64,000 bases of DNA from Balanoglossus misakiensis (Eukaryota > Animalia > Hemichordata), in contig CM082576.2 of the NCBI GenBank assembly GCA_040954595.2, forward strand, positions 6,451,129 to 6,515,128. The letters are read 5' to 3'. Below the pieces are notes generated by a model that was not told where the DNA came from, ran no database searches, and saw nothing but the letters and a program-made list of their open reading frames with translations. Of the stretch, positions 12,801 through 27,000 are shown in pieces (the stretch's first letter is position 1; each line of letters opens with the position of its first letter). A program made the translations under genes and the position numbers.

Positions 12801-15800
12801 AGACTTTCGGCACGTTGTTGCCGCTTGGGAACGAGTAATTGTGAAAAATCTGCCGTGCGTTCACGATATCGCCTGCCACCGCCGCATGTCACAGCGAGGG
12901 GTATATATATTTTATCGATTTCGACGACGCTATTGACATGAATAATAATGCGAAGTGAAATAGTTTTAATGACTAATTTCCGGTAACCATAAACTAAACA
13001 CCTACGATTTATAGTTTGAGACGGTGCTCAATTTCATGGTTGATTTACGGGCGTGATAACGGTTTGTGTTTTTTCTCTCCTGAATCGTGTCTTCAATAGA
13101 TATCCCATGATTCATCGCTGCTATATGTTCGCATTCTTTTATTCACAACAACGTACTACTCTCGAACATCTCTGCATTACCTGTCTATAGGAATTTACTA
13201 TCCAATTTTTATGTACGTCAAATTTCATTAAAAGCGGTCGTTAATTTATTTTCCTGAACTACGCGTGTAGTATGCAAAGGACGGGCTTTAAATGTGAACG
13301 CCCTGAAGTATATATGTTTTCGTTCCCACCGGCTCATGCGCATCACCATACCCCTACAGCCACGTGGCCACGGACGCTTGGCTGTCATGTGACTTAATTA
13401 ATTAGTTTGTTGCAGCGTTCCTCAACATTCCCTTCGCGAATTTCTTGCATAATTAATGCACTGGTCGATGCAAAATGGAAGGTCTCGCGAGTGATGGCCA
13501 CGCCAGATAACAGCGATCGGCCCCCTCATCCAGGGATAGCTGCGGGTCTTCGCTAGAATATTACAGATAAGACAGAACGATAGTAATTCAGCACATCGTC
13601 TGGGGAGACGCGGTGTGCACCAACTCGTAAACACAGAACTGACACACGGTGAATGCTCATGTCTTTGTCGCAGTCTGTAAGACCTCTAACAAATCGACAA
13701 TGAGATAAATATGAATAACGAAATTCCAAACCCGATTAACAGCCTGCCTATTGCCACAAGCAAAGCTGTCTGTCGGGGCCTACTAGTACATGATGCTTGC
13801 TGAGCAAGAGAAAGCAAATATAAAACACGTTTACACAAACATACAACGAGTTGCTTTAAATATCAGGGGGTGTATACGGGAATTCCCGGCTTGAAAAAAA
13901 AATGATGATACGAACATCTTTAACAGAGAGCCGGGGGCAATATATTTAATAAAACATTCATCTGCCATATATTCGTGTCAGCATAAAAGGTTGCAATCTA
14001 CAAGTACATGCTTTAATGGGTTTCCATCAGTGCATCGCCCCGGATCGACTTTCTCCTACTATAGTACTCCGCCAAATGCATCGCGGATGGTTCCTGCTGC
14101 ATTTACAAGTGCGCTGCGTTTATCTTCGGCGTCTGTTAAACAACTCTAAGTATAGCTATATTGCAGAAGAGTAAATCGATACGATGCTGCGACCGTATCG
14201 CTTCTCGTATATCACATCCGACAGCTTGGCGATCCCGAGCACGTCTCCCGTCTCCACGTTCTTTAAAACGGTTCCGCGGTTTTTATTGAAAGGTGAACGC
14301 CGGGAAGAGGCGGTGTGGGAAATGCAATCCAATCAAAATGCATTTTGTTATTGCTTTTATCCTCTCTTCACCAAAGGAGTTGACTGTTGGCGCATGCGTG
14401 TTACCTATCTTTCCCCGACGAGGATGGAAACGGTAATTATCGAGTTACGCCCGCTGTCCTGTGATTATAACACATCGCAGTCAACAGAATGAAGAATATT
14501 TGCGATCATCAGTAGCTGGAAATCGGAATTGCACACCCGTGTAACTTGATTTGAGCACTTGGCAACTACATTGCTCAGCATCTGACTGCATGCATTAATA
14601 GTGAACTGGAGATTTTTCGAACTCCGGCGCAGCCATATATCAGTGATGTGTGGCACGAGTTGGCATTTTGCTAAAATATAAAGTCATCTCATCCGAGATA
14701 GCGGTTCAGAATTTTAAAGTTCTACATTCGCCGCCTGGAGGTCTACTCCTTTACCACAAAATCCCGCTTCACTGTTAATGGTTTCCGAGCGCAAATGAAA
14801 GTATGCGTGAGATTTGCTGAATACGAATATCGTTGCTATGAATGTACAAACTTGCTCAGTCACCATCTGGCTGGGTATATATGAAACGTGTCATAATGGT
14901 TCTCTCTGAACTTCAAAAAAGGATAAAAGAGAAAAAGACCACCACGGCGAGATTATGATTCAACTCCCTATTCTCGCGCATTAAATTATTAAATTTTATT
15001 AAATGCCATAATATCGTCAATCACTATTATCTAAACAAGACGACACCCGTTCTATTTCAATGAAGCGATTATCCTGATATTTTATTATGGGTGTTTTATA
15101 GACAACCGCAGTATCTGTTGATTTATGCCATTTTCTTTCCTCGTGAGATTGTAGCTCCAATGGTTCTAAACATGAAAATAACGGAGGTGACGCAAAAATG
15201 GATTAAGATTCATTCGATTTAGATGTAGTTTTTTACATCGTTCAATGTGTGCAGCAGTGTTGATGATTACGCCCGCTGGGGGAAAACCGGGATAAATGCG
15301 AAATCAGTTGGAAATGTATGCGAGATCGATTCTGATCTTCCCCCTGCAGGTATACCTATTTTGATCGCTCTGAAGGTAGAGCGCATTGCGTCACCGCGCC
15401 CGCAGTGTGCGTAATTAATGGCGGGGTTCACTGTATACAAAACATCCATCGGTCGTGCCGTGGCTATACTGTCTGTGCACTATAGAGTACATGTAAACCT
15501 GCGAACGTGAACATTCCCACGTGCGGAATCGAAGAAAACATTTCTCGCTGTGTCGTAAACATGGCCTTGCGACGTCAAGTTTGCAGGAAACGCTTCAATT
15601 AAATTTAATTTCACCGCTACAGGCATATTAATTTATGTCATCGTTTTCGAAACACTGCCTCACATCTCCAAATTCGTGAAAGACGCCTCGGAACGGATAC
15701 TTTAAACTGGGTTTGTTTCTACGTCTTATATTCTACTTCGCCGGACAGAGGATGTTTTATGTAGTTAAAAACATTTTCGGCCATTTTCGTAACCGTTAGG

Positions 15801-16807
15801 CGATACCCTATTCTACTTTGGTTTCCATCACGGTGCGTTTTTGACTCGCGTCGGAGTATCCTACCTAATCGATATCATATATGAAGGTCGAAGCATCTTG
15901 CCGTTTGCATATTATCACGGTCATATTACGCAATTCTCCCATCGAACAAATTTCACCTGCCCCCCCCCCCCCGACCCGACCAAGGTTCTTAATAGTCTGG
16001 CTTTAAAACATTCTATACAATTGTAAAAAAGAAAGTGTCGACCAACATCAAATTATTTCCTCGTGATTGCATTTTAGAATACAGTAACTTAATTCTTCGT
16101 CATCATAATCTTACAAGGACCACAAGTACGTGTGTCTGTATCTAATTCTTGGTTGTCCCATCGGATTTTTTTTCTTTTCCCCGAGTTTCTGCAAGACTAA
16201 CCCGATCGTTAAGTTTCTGCAAGACTAAACCCGATCGCTGACCTGAAATCGCCAATTTCCAAATTTCGTTCCCCCGAGATTTCACGCAAGTTCAAGAAAG
16301 CTTCGGCGGGATTTCGAGTCGCCGCGTGCGTGTTAATTCTTGCAAGATCGCTCCTCGAAGGCTGAGCTTATGTCTTTTGTTGTCGCCTTTTCATGTTGGA
16401 AAAAAAAACCACGGGGCGGAGCGGTGGGGGAGCGTCAATTTACAAGATTATAGATTAATATATTTTGCTTCAGGCTACAGATTTGTCTTTCTGTTGACTT
16501 AGATACCACGGACGCTAGAGGACGCGTGGGAAGAAAGCGACGCGGCGATAATTGCAAATGATAACACTGGAACGCAGAGAGAATACTCACCTATACCAGG
16601 GGTACATATGTTTAATAGGCAGCAAATAATAGCTATGGGTAAAGGCATACATGGTACAGCGGCTCGGAGTGGGCCGTGTTTCTCTTTGATATGTATTATG
16701 GTGACGGTCGGTCGCCGTGCCATGGACCCGCTGCTGATGTAGGCCTGCGAACTTCTCCCATTGATGTTAACTTCGATGGAATCTTGTTTTACAGCCGGCG
16801 AAGCCAT
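4988..16807 (-). CDS. STUM: Protein stum homolog / Spec3-family small membrane protein; join(16591..16807,9280..9459,4988..5070), 159 aa
   Basis: Spliced translation MASPAVKQ...HGPLRAAVPCMPLPIAIICCLLNICTPGIG|TLISAFTVFCC...[51 protein letters not shown]...* carries the Spec3/stum signatures (P-G-x-G-T and GWIWSIxWG). Both introns are GT-AG, phase 1, and the total is 480 nt in frame. Confidence 0.92.
9280..9459 (-). CDS. STUM: stum coding exon 2 (hydrophobic segments, GWIWSIFWG)
   Basis: Acceptor tttacag|GT, donor G|gtgagt, 180 nt, phase 1-1. Confidence 0.93.
9827..9893. repeat. (CAT)n microsatellite, interrupted
   Basis: Direct reading; lies in stum intron 1. Confidence 0.95.
11618..11652. 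repeat. (GT)n followed by poly-G run
   Basis: Direct reading. Confidence 0.9.
12208..12221. promoter_or_regulatory. RFX X-box motif GTTGCCATGGAAAC (stum intron 1)
   Basis: Near-perfect match to the palindromic X-box consensus GTTGCCATGGCAAC. Confidence 0.5.
16184..16237. repeat. Tandem duplication with ~28 bp period (AGTTTCTGCAAGACTAA(A)CCCGATCG)
   Basis: Two near-identical adjacent copies in stum intron 1. Confidence 0.85.
16591..16807 (-). CDS. STUM: stum coding exon 1
   Basis: ATG at 16807; donor G|GTGAGT at 16590. Confidence 0.88.
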
Positions 16808-19800
16808 GTCGAATAATCGAGGTCTACTGTAACGGTTTCGTATCCCAACTGAACACAGTAACAAGACAGCAACCCTGGGCCTGTTACAAAAGGTATTGTT
16901 CTCGCTTCTCTGTATATGATCCGCCGATCGTGATTCTCCCCGGGTCAAGAGTTTTACGAGATCCTAAACAAACGCTTTAAGCGGTCTTGATTTGTCTGTA
17001 CTTCCTAGCAACTCCTTCACAAGACGCGACTGATTCTTCGCTTGAAAGAATTCACTGAGTCTCGCCAACATCTGGGACAGGGATCCGTCGCGCCGCCGCC
17101 GATCCAAGCCGTTGTTCCGCTGCGAGAAGCCGAGAGAGAGAGAGAGAGTCGAGAAGTGGCGAGCCGTCGTTCCCTTGTGTCCTCTCGCGCAACGTCACAC
17201 GATCACGGGATGCCAGACGGCGATATCAAGCGAAGACAGTAGATCCGACAGTATGGTCGGTATGCGTTAATACTGACGGCGAACAAGGGCCACGTAAACA
17301 GCCGATCTATACTCATGCATACTTCGTGCGCAACTGCGTATCACATATACACATCGCAGTCGACTTTCGCTGAGAGGAGACGGCGCACATGCGCAGTGGG
17401 CGTAAATGGCAACAGTTTAATATTCCAGCATATCATATGTTGGTTAAAAAAAGTCATCACATATGTTCCTGACAAACGGAACCGTGCGGTTATCGAGAGG
17501 ATGATTGCGTATTCAAGAACATAAACACAGAAGACCCTTTACAACCTCGACGTATTCTGAATTCATGTCTTTCCACATACATATTTTTTTCCTCTCTCGA
17601 AAGTTCAAAGGTGACTAGATGAAACTGGGGGCGTTGAGGGTGACAGACAGACAAGCAGACAATAAAAAGCTGATGACTTCTGCTGTCAGTGTGAATAGTT
17701 CCACAATGTCCCATTAAGATGGTTACCTAGGGTAATATCCAGGAGGAAGAAAATCATGTGACCTATAAGGCCTACAGCCCATTCATTAGTCCAACCACAC
17801 TTCTCCGCAGACACTTTCACAAATGATGGTGAAAAAAAGCGCAACTGGTAGACATGGTGATCGGTCTACGTGATCACAATGTTAAACTTCCCCAAGACTC
17901 AAGCAATTTCCGAAAGAAGTGTACAGCTCCCAACACACGAATTCCGACCTGCACATTTTACCTCCGATTGTCATTTCGCATCATACTGTTTTCATAGTGA
18001 TCAGGCTATATGCTATGAATAGTAATGAGGTCGTATGAAGGATCTGGGATCTATCACGATCATTTATTTATTTACCGCCAAGAGACGAACAAAATATGAA
18101 TAGAATTTGCAACTAGCAAAGGTGTATCACAATTCAGTCGTGCATTATTCACACCTCAGTATAAAATCAAGCTCCATAGTGCATTAAATGTTATTCCCCC
18201 AACGCTGCTAAACTCAGACACCGCATAGTTGTATACATTTTCTTTACAGAAAACGTAATGTTGCGAGAGTGTTGTGAACCTGCAGAAATGTCTGGTTATT
18301 TGGAAAATAACTTTTATTTTAATAAATTTTATCAGAATCTTCTGGAAATTACCCCATGACCACCGGCTGAAATATACGTCAAGGATCGGATTTTCAAGAA
18401 TTTAAAACATATTTTGAAGACTCTCTGCTATATTAAAATGTATGTTGAGTAATTTGAGAGATTTGGGTGTCCATAAATAAACTGACGATTCAAATATTCC
18501 AGGGTTACTGTACATACCGTTATAAATATTCTTCAGTACTCTTTATAGGGCCATGTCGTACACCACAAAAACCAAGGCCGAGTGTTGACCGTTGACCATT
18601 TATGCAAATTGAGCAAGGTCATATTCGCTTAGATGGCTTTGATGAATATGTGTACGCGGAAGGGTAAGCGTCTGCACAGACAGAATAAGGGATCGTTCGA
18701 TCACATATCTGCTGGTGCCAACCACGCCATGACCAACATATACACCCGTACAACTGAAAGTAGTTCCTTTAGCCGGAGAAAGGAATTAAATTCTTTTAGA
18801 TGTCTGGGGGTTAGAAATACCGATAAATTACTTTCCCGCTCAGAGTGGAGTAAGTATTCACGTGTGTTGACACGATATCGTCTCAATGAGCTACTTCAGG
18901 TGAACGGCGAATTATAACCTACCTGTAGGACATCCATTCCTCCCGTTGCATGATAATGTTATCGGGGGAAAAGAAGTCCAGACTCTTTCGATTGTGAACA
19001 TTCAATGATTTATCTCGGAATTATTATGGTTGTTCCCATGGTGATTAAAATCCTACCCGTTTCGTTTAGAGGCAGTCAATGTAACGATTATTAAAATCGG
19101 TGAATTTCACAGCTGTTTGTGTGTTTTACGGCATTTTCTGGATATCGGTTTTTAAGAACGTGACCCCTTAAACAAAGATGCTGGCCATGTAATAGACACG
19201 GTACAGCCGAAGCCGAATCACCTTCTACAGCTGTAGAATATCAATGAATGAGCGTATGGCCGGGTAGATCGATCTAGCAACGCTGTAATCTCGCATAAAT
19301 TCTGATAGATTGGATGCAAATGGGTATTTTAATAGCAAACGTTTCAGCCAATACCCTTATCTGCCGTTTGCGAGAAGGACTTTGGAGTAAATCATGCTGC
19401 GATTAAACATGGAGGAATAAACCCAGGGGGAGCGATATTCCACACGCTATCAATTTACAACACCGCTCGCATTTTCTCCAAAGATTCATCCATCCATCGA
19501 CGTTATCCGCCCGTGCCCCCGACCTTTCCTCTACAACGCGCGGCAAAACCGAATCGTTACGTAGTCACCGATCGTAAAGTATTTGGAGTTAAAATTAGCA
19601 GATGTTAAAACAGAAATGCCGTGAAGCGCTCATTTCGCGTTTACGTCTATCGACTAGATGTCATATGCAGTCCGCGAGGCCGATCTCGACAGTACAGTAC
19701 AACGCAAAAACATGACAAGGCTTTAGCAGTGAAGGATCGGACATCAGCCAGTGCCAGCTGGTTAGAAGCGGCGCTGAGCGATTTTCAAACTGGCGTGGCT

Positions 19801-20514
19801 AAACTGCAAAATGTCATCAATACTGGAACAGTCACCACATTCCCACTGAATCAGGGTATCATGGCAGGTTCAACTCTCGCGTTAAATCCATGCTACATAA
19901 AACAATTTGTCATGAATACCCACGCGCGTTTAAGCAAATCCTTCTAAATAATGCACCAAGAATGTGTATCCATCCACCGGTGTTCCACTATTTGGTCCAT
20001 GCGGAACCACATTTCGATGTCTGTCCCACAGGTGAAAGCTCATATATGTGCATGTCCCCCAGAGACAAAAATCGGCCATTTCAGTGTGTCGAGAGTATCG
20101 GAATTTCGCACGAGCCAATTACTGCGTTCAAACCACATTATTGCTTGGGAGTTTCAAATGATTGATGTCTCCCGAACACTAGTAATGCGTCACCATCTTA
20201 AGCCTGAGATCACGAGATATCAATTATAATTGCAATAACACTAACAACAGCCGCCCAACTTATGTTTGACTATTATATATTCCATATCTCGACTTTGCTA
20301 TAAATTTCACAATTTTTATATTCCCGCCTTGACTATCATATAGCTTGACATGTTACTGTTATCAGTCGGGGATCTGGCTCAGGATGACAATAGACCCAAG
20401 AGGGTGCTTGACCAGTAACTGCATTCCTATTTTTGCGACGTCATACTACTTATGAATAATTACATGTATTTATTGCCTTGTGGTATATATTGGAATGTTA
20501 ACATTATTCAAGTG

Positions 20515-21060
20515 TGTTACGACACACCCTGTTTAGTTGCTTGGTCGAGAGAGGGGTAGCTTTTCTTTGCATAACAAAGGGCCCTGCCTTTTCAACTAGT
20601 TCATTTAAATATTAGTAATAACCAGATGGTCACCCATATAAAAGGCCTTCTCACAAAAACCACGAGGCACACTTCTCAACACTGACTCGGAGGAGCACGT
20701 AGCTCCAGCTCCACATCGCCTTGGGAATTAGGAATTTACCTAGCTGGGCTGGACTCTGTGAGCAACCGACTTCATGAGCAACAGATTTTGTGTGAGCAAC
20801 GGACTTTGTGTGAGCAACTGGCTTCTGTGAGCAACTGGCTCCTGTGAATGACGGACTTGGTCAGCAACGGACTTCTGTGCCTTGAGTTCGGCCAGGACTT
20901 TTGTGGACTCAATAACGCCTCGACCAAGCAGGGTAAAAACACATAGTGAACATTTTCTTTTGTGCGACTGTTTGATTTTAGAAGGCTAGTTGTTCAATTA
21001 AATATTCTGTTGTTGAACCACATTCTCCATTGAGTGCTCCCGGTTTTTTCTACCGTAACA
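20515..21060 (+). mobile_element. Solo LTR (546 bp)
   Basis: Ends TGTTACG...CGTAACA (perfect 7-bp inverted repeat); 4-bp TSD AGTG at 20511-20514 and 21061-21064; TATAAAA at 20637; ATTAAA at 20997. Confidence 0.85.
20755..20880 (+). repeat. ~7 degenerate tandem copies of a 17-19 bp unit (TGTGAGCAACNGRCTTY) inside the solo LTR
   Basis: Repeated tgtgagcaac...gactt/ggctt units read directly from the sequence. Confidence 0.8.
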
Positions 21061-24000
21061 AGTGTGTTTTAATGTCCTCGCTTAGCGGGCGCTTATTACA
21101 ATGTAAACACCAGACTAACCTACAATCTGCGTGCAACTTGCACAATGTTGTGAAAGCGATCACTATTTGATTATACATGTACACAGATTACATGACACGA
21201 GGCATACCTATGCCCCAGGTATAGTTGTGGCTTTGATTTGTCGACCCTTGTCGATCCTGAGCCCGAACCCGGTCAACTCATATATACTACGTCTGGTCTA
21301 GACAATATATTTCATGATACAGTCGTGGACATGGCATATATGACAGTTAAAATCTAGAACACACTCAAGACATTGACATAATTGTTAATGCATGGAATGT
21401 GTGTCATAGCATATATAACATAATGGGGTATGAAACAGAAATACTGCAACAGACAATCATGATATTGGTTATATATTCCATTATTGATACAGATGATACC
21501 CATGCCCCCCGGTTCGGGACCCATCAATATTATTGTCAGAGAGCAACTTTCTTCGCGCAGCCACAAATCATAACATTGCCCTCCCTGTCCTGTGTTATTA
21601 TTTCACTATATTATATTTCATGTCGTGACTTTGATATATATAATTTATCAACTGCCTATGCTGTCCAAGCTACGTTCGCTCCGGTGTGCTCTGTTATGCT
21701 GTGCTGGACAAGGCTAAAACTAAAACGCGTCTTAAAAATGTGTTCATTTTTATCCAATTCAGATGTCTCGTTTATGAATTATTTTATGTAATTATTGATA
21801 GGGTGGGATGTGATGATTTGCATTGCATCACACACAGGGGGCTCCCGTCGGATACATGTTGCATTTCATCAAGAGATTATTCCTAATATCCGTCCCGGGG
21901 CCACGAAGTGTACTCCCGTAGGACAAACACGCGGTCGTGACCTGAATGCCGTAAACACGACATAAATTGCCTCTGACGGGGAAAGAAGTGGAAGTATACA
22001 GACTACATGAGTGCGAGAGATAGACTCCTTGATTCAATAGATGTCGACCCTATAGAAAGGGACTGATAAACAGCGGACGCAAAGCAAGGCCTTGAGCAAA
22101 CTAATTCAATTTCACGGGTGGCGAATAACTGTGGTTAGTTCGTCTCTCGCCGAGGCAGGCATGGTAACTATACGTGATTTCACGCCGTTTGATCACAGCA
22201 AGAGTTTCTTTCAAATATAATCACCATTTCCATTTTTTTTTATAAATTCATCGTATGAAAATACCATAATGCCCGTCCCAGAGTTTAGATCAATGTTTGG
22301 ATGTTGGCATTGACCTTTTGACCTACGCTGCCCATAGAAACTCGCCTTTTCTATATTTAATCACATAATTAAAATTCATGATTTCGCGATGAGAAAAAAT
22401 AACATATTATTAAAATGTATGGGATAGTATCGATGTGTTTTGAGAAAGTAAAACGCAATCACGTGACTATCTAAGATATCTAAGAGAAGCCGCAACGAGA
22501 GGTCAGGGCGCCAGGTCAAGGTGTCCATCCCATTTGCGCCAAATTATGCAATTAGTTGGCGATGCAACTGTAGGGGAACATCTTGGGTTGCATGAGGGCG
22601 CCCTGTTGTATACGAACTTGAGATACGAGAATTAATACACGTATGTGTGTCTTCAACGTGAAATTTGATTCTCGGTATCGCAATTAGTTGAGGGCTGAGC
22701 GTCGCCATTCTGACAACAATTCCGGATCTTTTTGTTTCACGTTAAAGATGTTATGTTGTAGTGTTTACAGAAATGTGCTGGAGATTGTGATCTCAATTCA
22801 TGTACAAAGTACGGCGCAATTTGCTGGGGCGCTCGTATGAATAAATGATGCCGTCGGAGGATACCCATCTTATTTTCAGACAATGGGCGAGTATAGCAGA
22901 GTAACACGAATAACATTCTAAAATTATATATGTATGTACTGAATCCGTCAAAACGTTCACATTTTGTCCCATACTACGGAAATGAAATAATAGGAAGGAA
23001 ATTGAAGTATTTCATCGTTAAAATATTCTAAAAATGGCAGCTATAAATGGGGCTTTAACAAAATATCTCACGACACAATTAGAAGACAGTGTACGCTTTG
23101 TCCTTTTCTTACGAAAAGCCTGCAATATGATAATTTGTCGGTAGCTGAGCCTCGATGGATGACTGCTCAATAAATCAATCAATGAAACGATTTTCCAATC
23201 GATCAGTCAGTCAGTCGCCGCCATTTTCTAGTACTTAACAAAAATCCCACAATCAGAAAGATTGACTGAGTGTTACTAGCTGTCTGTCTGTCTGACAATG
23301 CAGTAACTACAGGTTGATGAAAAACGAGACGTTGGCCTACTGCCAACAAATTGATCGACACCATCCGGGGCTCGTTCTAAGCGTGACCATTTTTCTCCAA
23401 TCAAAAACAGAGTCAACGCAAACAACTAGCGATGATCATCACCGCTTTCCGAATTGGCCATAAAAACCCAACCTACAGAATGCAATTGCTCGCAATTATG
23501 GTTAAACATGACAGTGTCTGATACAGGTATTTGTGAAACAGAGCAATACACTGCTCTTATATTACCCACTCTAATAGCACAGGGACTTGTAGCGTGTCCT
23601 GAGAGAATTACGGCATCCTAGCAGGATTAAAGCGGGCAGCCATTAGTCTGTATATCGCCAACTCTTGGTGCCTTATACTTATCAAGCCAATCGAGCAGGA
23701 TTTCAGATCAGAATCGACGCTTGACAATTATTGATTCCGCGCTCTGAAATGACAATGTTTTATCCAGTCTCCGCGGAAGATGTTTGGCCACGGCTATAGT
23801 GTGGCATATACATCACTTTTAGATGGATTACTCGTCGACGAGGCAGTGTAATTTGGTTTCAGTACGCGTTCAAGTACCACGACCTTTTCATGCCGGTGGA
23901 CTCAAACGCTATCGGGAATGGATCTAATTTGGCCTCTGTATACCTGCGCTTTTTCCACCTATAGTTTTTTATCATTTGTAAGTTAAGATCATGTCATGTC

Positions 24001-27000
24001 GCTGTACTTTACTCATGAAGAGATAATGTACCTGCTTGCTATATATGAGACGGCAAGTGGACAAATAATTCTATTCGTCACCAGACGATAATGTAACATC
24101 GTAACATCTGAGGATGAAAACTACAGTGAAACGAAGCAGTGTTAGATTCAAAAGATTCAAAGCGATGTTTTGAAAGGGCGGTCACATAGAAAAGTCGACC
24201 AACTCTACGGAACAAAAATGTGACATTCGAACTGAACACGTGTCGCCGAAACGTCTACATAATTTCAGTAATTTAGCGGGAACGAAAAATTACAAACAGG
24301 TGATTGGTCAGTTACGTCACGTGCCATTAGATTAGCCGAAGACATCTTGTGACAGTTGTCTGATAAGAATCCTGACAATTCTGGGGGGGGGGGGTTCTAC
24401 CAAGAGAGTATCAAACGCGTCAACTTTGACCATTTGATCAAGACAGCAATGAGCAGAGTCGTCACGTTCCAGACGATGATAAAATTCGATGGATGTCTTC
24501 CACGTATATCGCTGTGTTTATCGAATAAGGCCGACATGAGCGATAGCAGCAAGTGCGGCGATGCCACGCACCGACAGTAAAAACGACCGCGTTGTCATTC
24601 AAACCGGGCAGTATACCAAACGTCTTGAAATAATTTAACGAGGAACGGCCTCAGGGGAAGTCTTCTCACACGAACGAATCTCACTCAATCTCCGTGCTCT
24701 GCTTCTAAAACACTGTTTAAACAAAGTGTGTAGGAAGATGTTTCAGTGTAGAATCACCCTTTAATTGTCGTTCCAGAAAGATGCTGCAATCAGCAATTAT
24801 CTCAATTTGGAACGACGAGGGTGATCTACGTCAAGACAACTACTTGATCGTCTGACCTCTCACGGAATCTGTGTCCGTGATGTCATAAACGCCATGGCAG
24901 TAAGAGCCCCCTTTTTGCATGATTTCGTGATGACACTTTAAATCTGTATACATGTATAACTGGTCCTTAACTGGAGCGCATATGCAGGACTTAGTTTGTA
25001 CATGATAAATAATAAACACGTGTTCCACGCAAAAATGGCCGCATCTGTAGATATACGCAACATTCTTTGGACATGGTGGATGTACGCAAGGAAATCTTCA
25101 GAGGAACGACATGACGTCATCCATGTGAGTGAACTGAATGTTACTCACTGTGATATTATGTCCTCTATTTTCTTTTTATTGTGGCCTTATTTTAAATGGT
25201 GGAAAATTTAAAACGAAGAGAAAATATTAAATTAGTGTTTGCTACAATTGTTGACAATTTGACTAGGAAATTCCCATCTTGATGAACCCCAATTTGGCAA
25301 GAATCTTCGCGTTGCTATTTCCCCTAAGAACTGCTGCAAGGTTTCAAATTGAACAAATGACTACAATTCACGTTTCCTAGAGGGTGGGACAACGTTACTG
25401 CTTAATTGGATTTGTAAGCGTCCTTGAAGTGCGCTAAATCAAAATAGAGAAAAATGCTGTTATTGCTGTGTGATGCGATGACAGGAAACCAACATGTTTT
25501 TGATACATTCACACCACAGTTCCATGAACCTTTAAGATGCATATACATGCATGATCACGTGGTTAGACTGCGGGATCCCCCGAGACCACCGTGGCCATCA
25601 CGGTAACGGCGACAAAATTTCCCTTTTAAAAAAGATTCTGTGAAGGTGACCCAAGGTTTGTCTCTGTTGAAAGCAATGCTTGAATAAATTATATCATCGT
25701 GCATGCTGCATTTCTTAGAATTTCAGAGTTCGACTCTCAAGGTTGAACATTTCAATAGAAATGTCGTAAAGATGATTTAAGATGGTAATTGTTTTGAACA
25801 TATATGTATATGCATAGATATTGGCTAAATTTACGATCATATACTATATCATTTCAACTTTTTCCACAAAATTAATTATCGGAGGGAAGTAATTTTCTTA
25901 AATTAAATCCCGTCCCATCTCATAAACTCTTAACCCATTCTCTTGATTTTTTCGTGTACCCCTCCATTTCCTTCCTTCCTCCCCCGCTCTACTACGGTAT
26001 CTTCATTTATCTCTCGACTGTCAATCATTTCACACTTGGACATGAAATATACATATGACATTGAATACTAATACACCTTGTGTAACGTAGCGTGTCAGTG
26101 AAGCCATGTGCCAAAAGCGATCAGCATACCGGAGGTGTTTGACAACAGGCGGCAGTGCGTGGAATTCATTCATTGAATGTTTAAGCGAAGCCCTGGCATC
26201 AGATCAAATCGTTTTCTCTGAAGTGCGGGGTACATGTACTGCAGCTGCAAGAAATGGGCGGAAAATATTTTCGAGCCATCACACACACATTTACTTAGTC
26301 CCACTTTCAGTCAAACGTACGTCTTGGCTAAGTAATCTTTGGCAGGCTGGGTTTTTACAAAATGTCATCCTGAAGAGCGTTTGGCTTTCACAAAGTAATG
26401 CCTCGGGAAAAGGTCATGGGGGTTATGTTATAAATATGAAAATGCCCAACCAAACATGACTTTCCGATATTTCCCGACAGGAAATCCACTTTCCCCTGAA
26501 TGTATGTGTTGAATTAGCCGAATGTGCATGTGCCTCGGTAAACGAATTTCTAAGATCACGACGGAAGAAGTTTCAGTCAGACATGCCGAGCAGCGCCTTC
26601 GATTGACTGATGTAGCACGCAGATAACTTGATTTGTGGCCTTTTTCGCGGATGTTCCGCATTTTGAATGAGACTGCCTCTACTTTAAAACACCCACACGT
26701 TATGGTCGCTTCATGCTGATCAAAATCATAATTGTGCTCTGTCATCAATACCATGAACAAATTGATATATATATATATATGTGACTTCCAGATTCTTGTA
26801 ACCCTAAAGATTCTCGTGAACAGCGCGAAATAGAGTTAACGTTATTTAATGTAGAGTAAGATAATACCAGTATCAAATGTTTAAATCTCATTTATCGTGT
26901 TTAACATCCGACAAGCTTTATTTTGAGGTAACAGAAGATATATGTAAATTTGCACGCATTCAGACTGTTTTAAGGAAAGCTTGTATCCTGAGACAAATTT

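Noticed and set aside
16808-16948. In-frame upstream extension of the stum ORF from a TTG
   Set aside because: Non-ATG start with no recognisable similarity; most likely 5' UTR
20755-20880. Short repeat array considered as CRISPR-like
   Set aside because: Eukaryotic context, degenerate head-to-tail units with no unique spacers, no cas genes, and it sits inside an LTR
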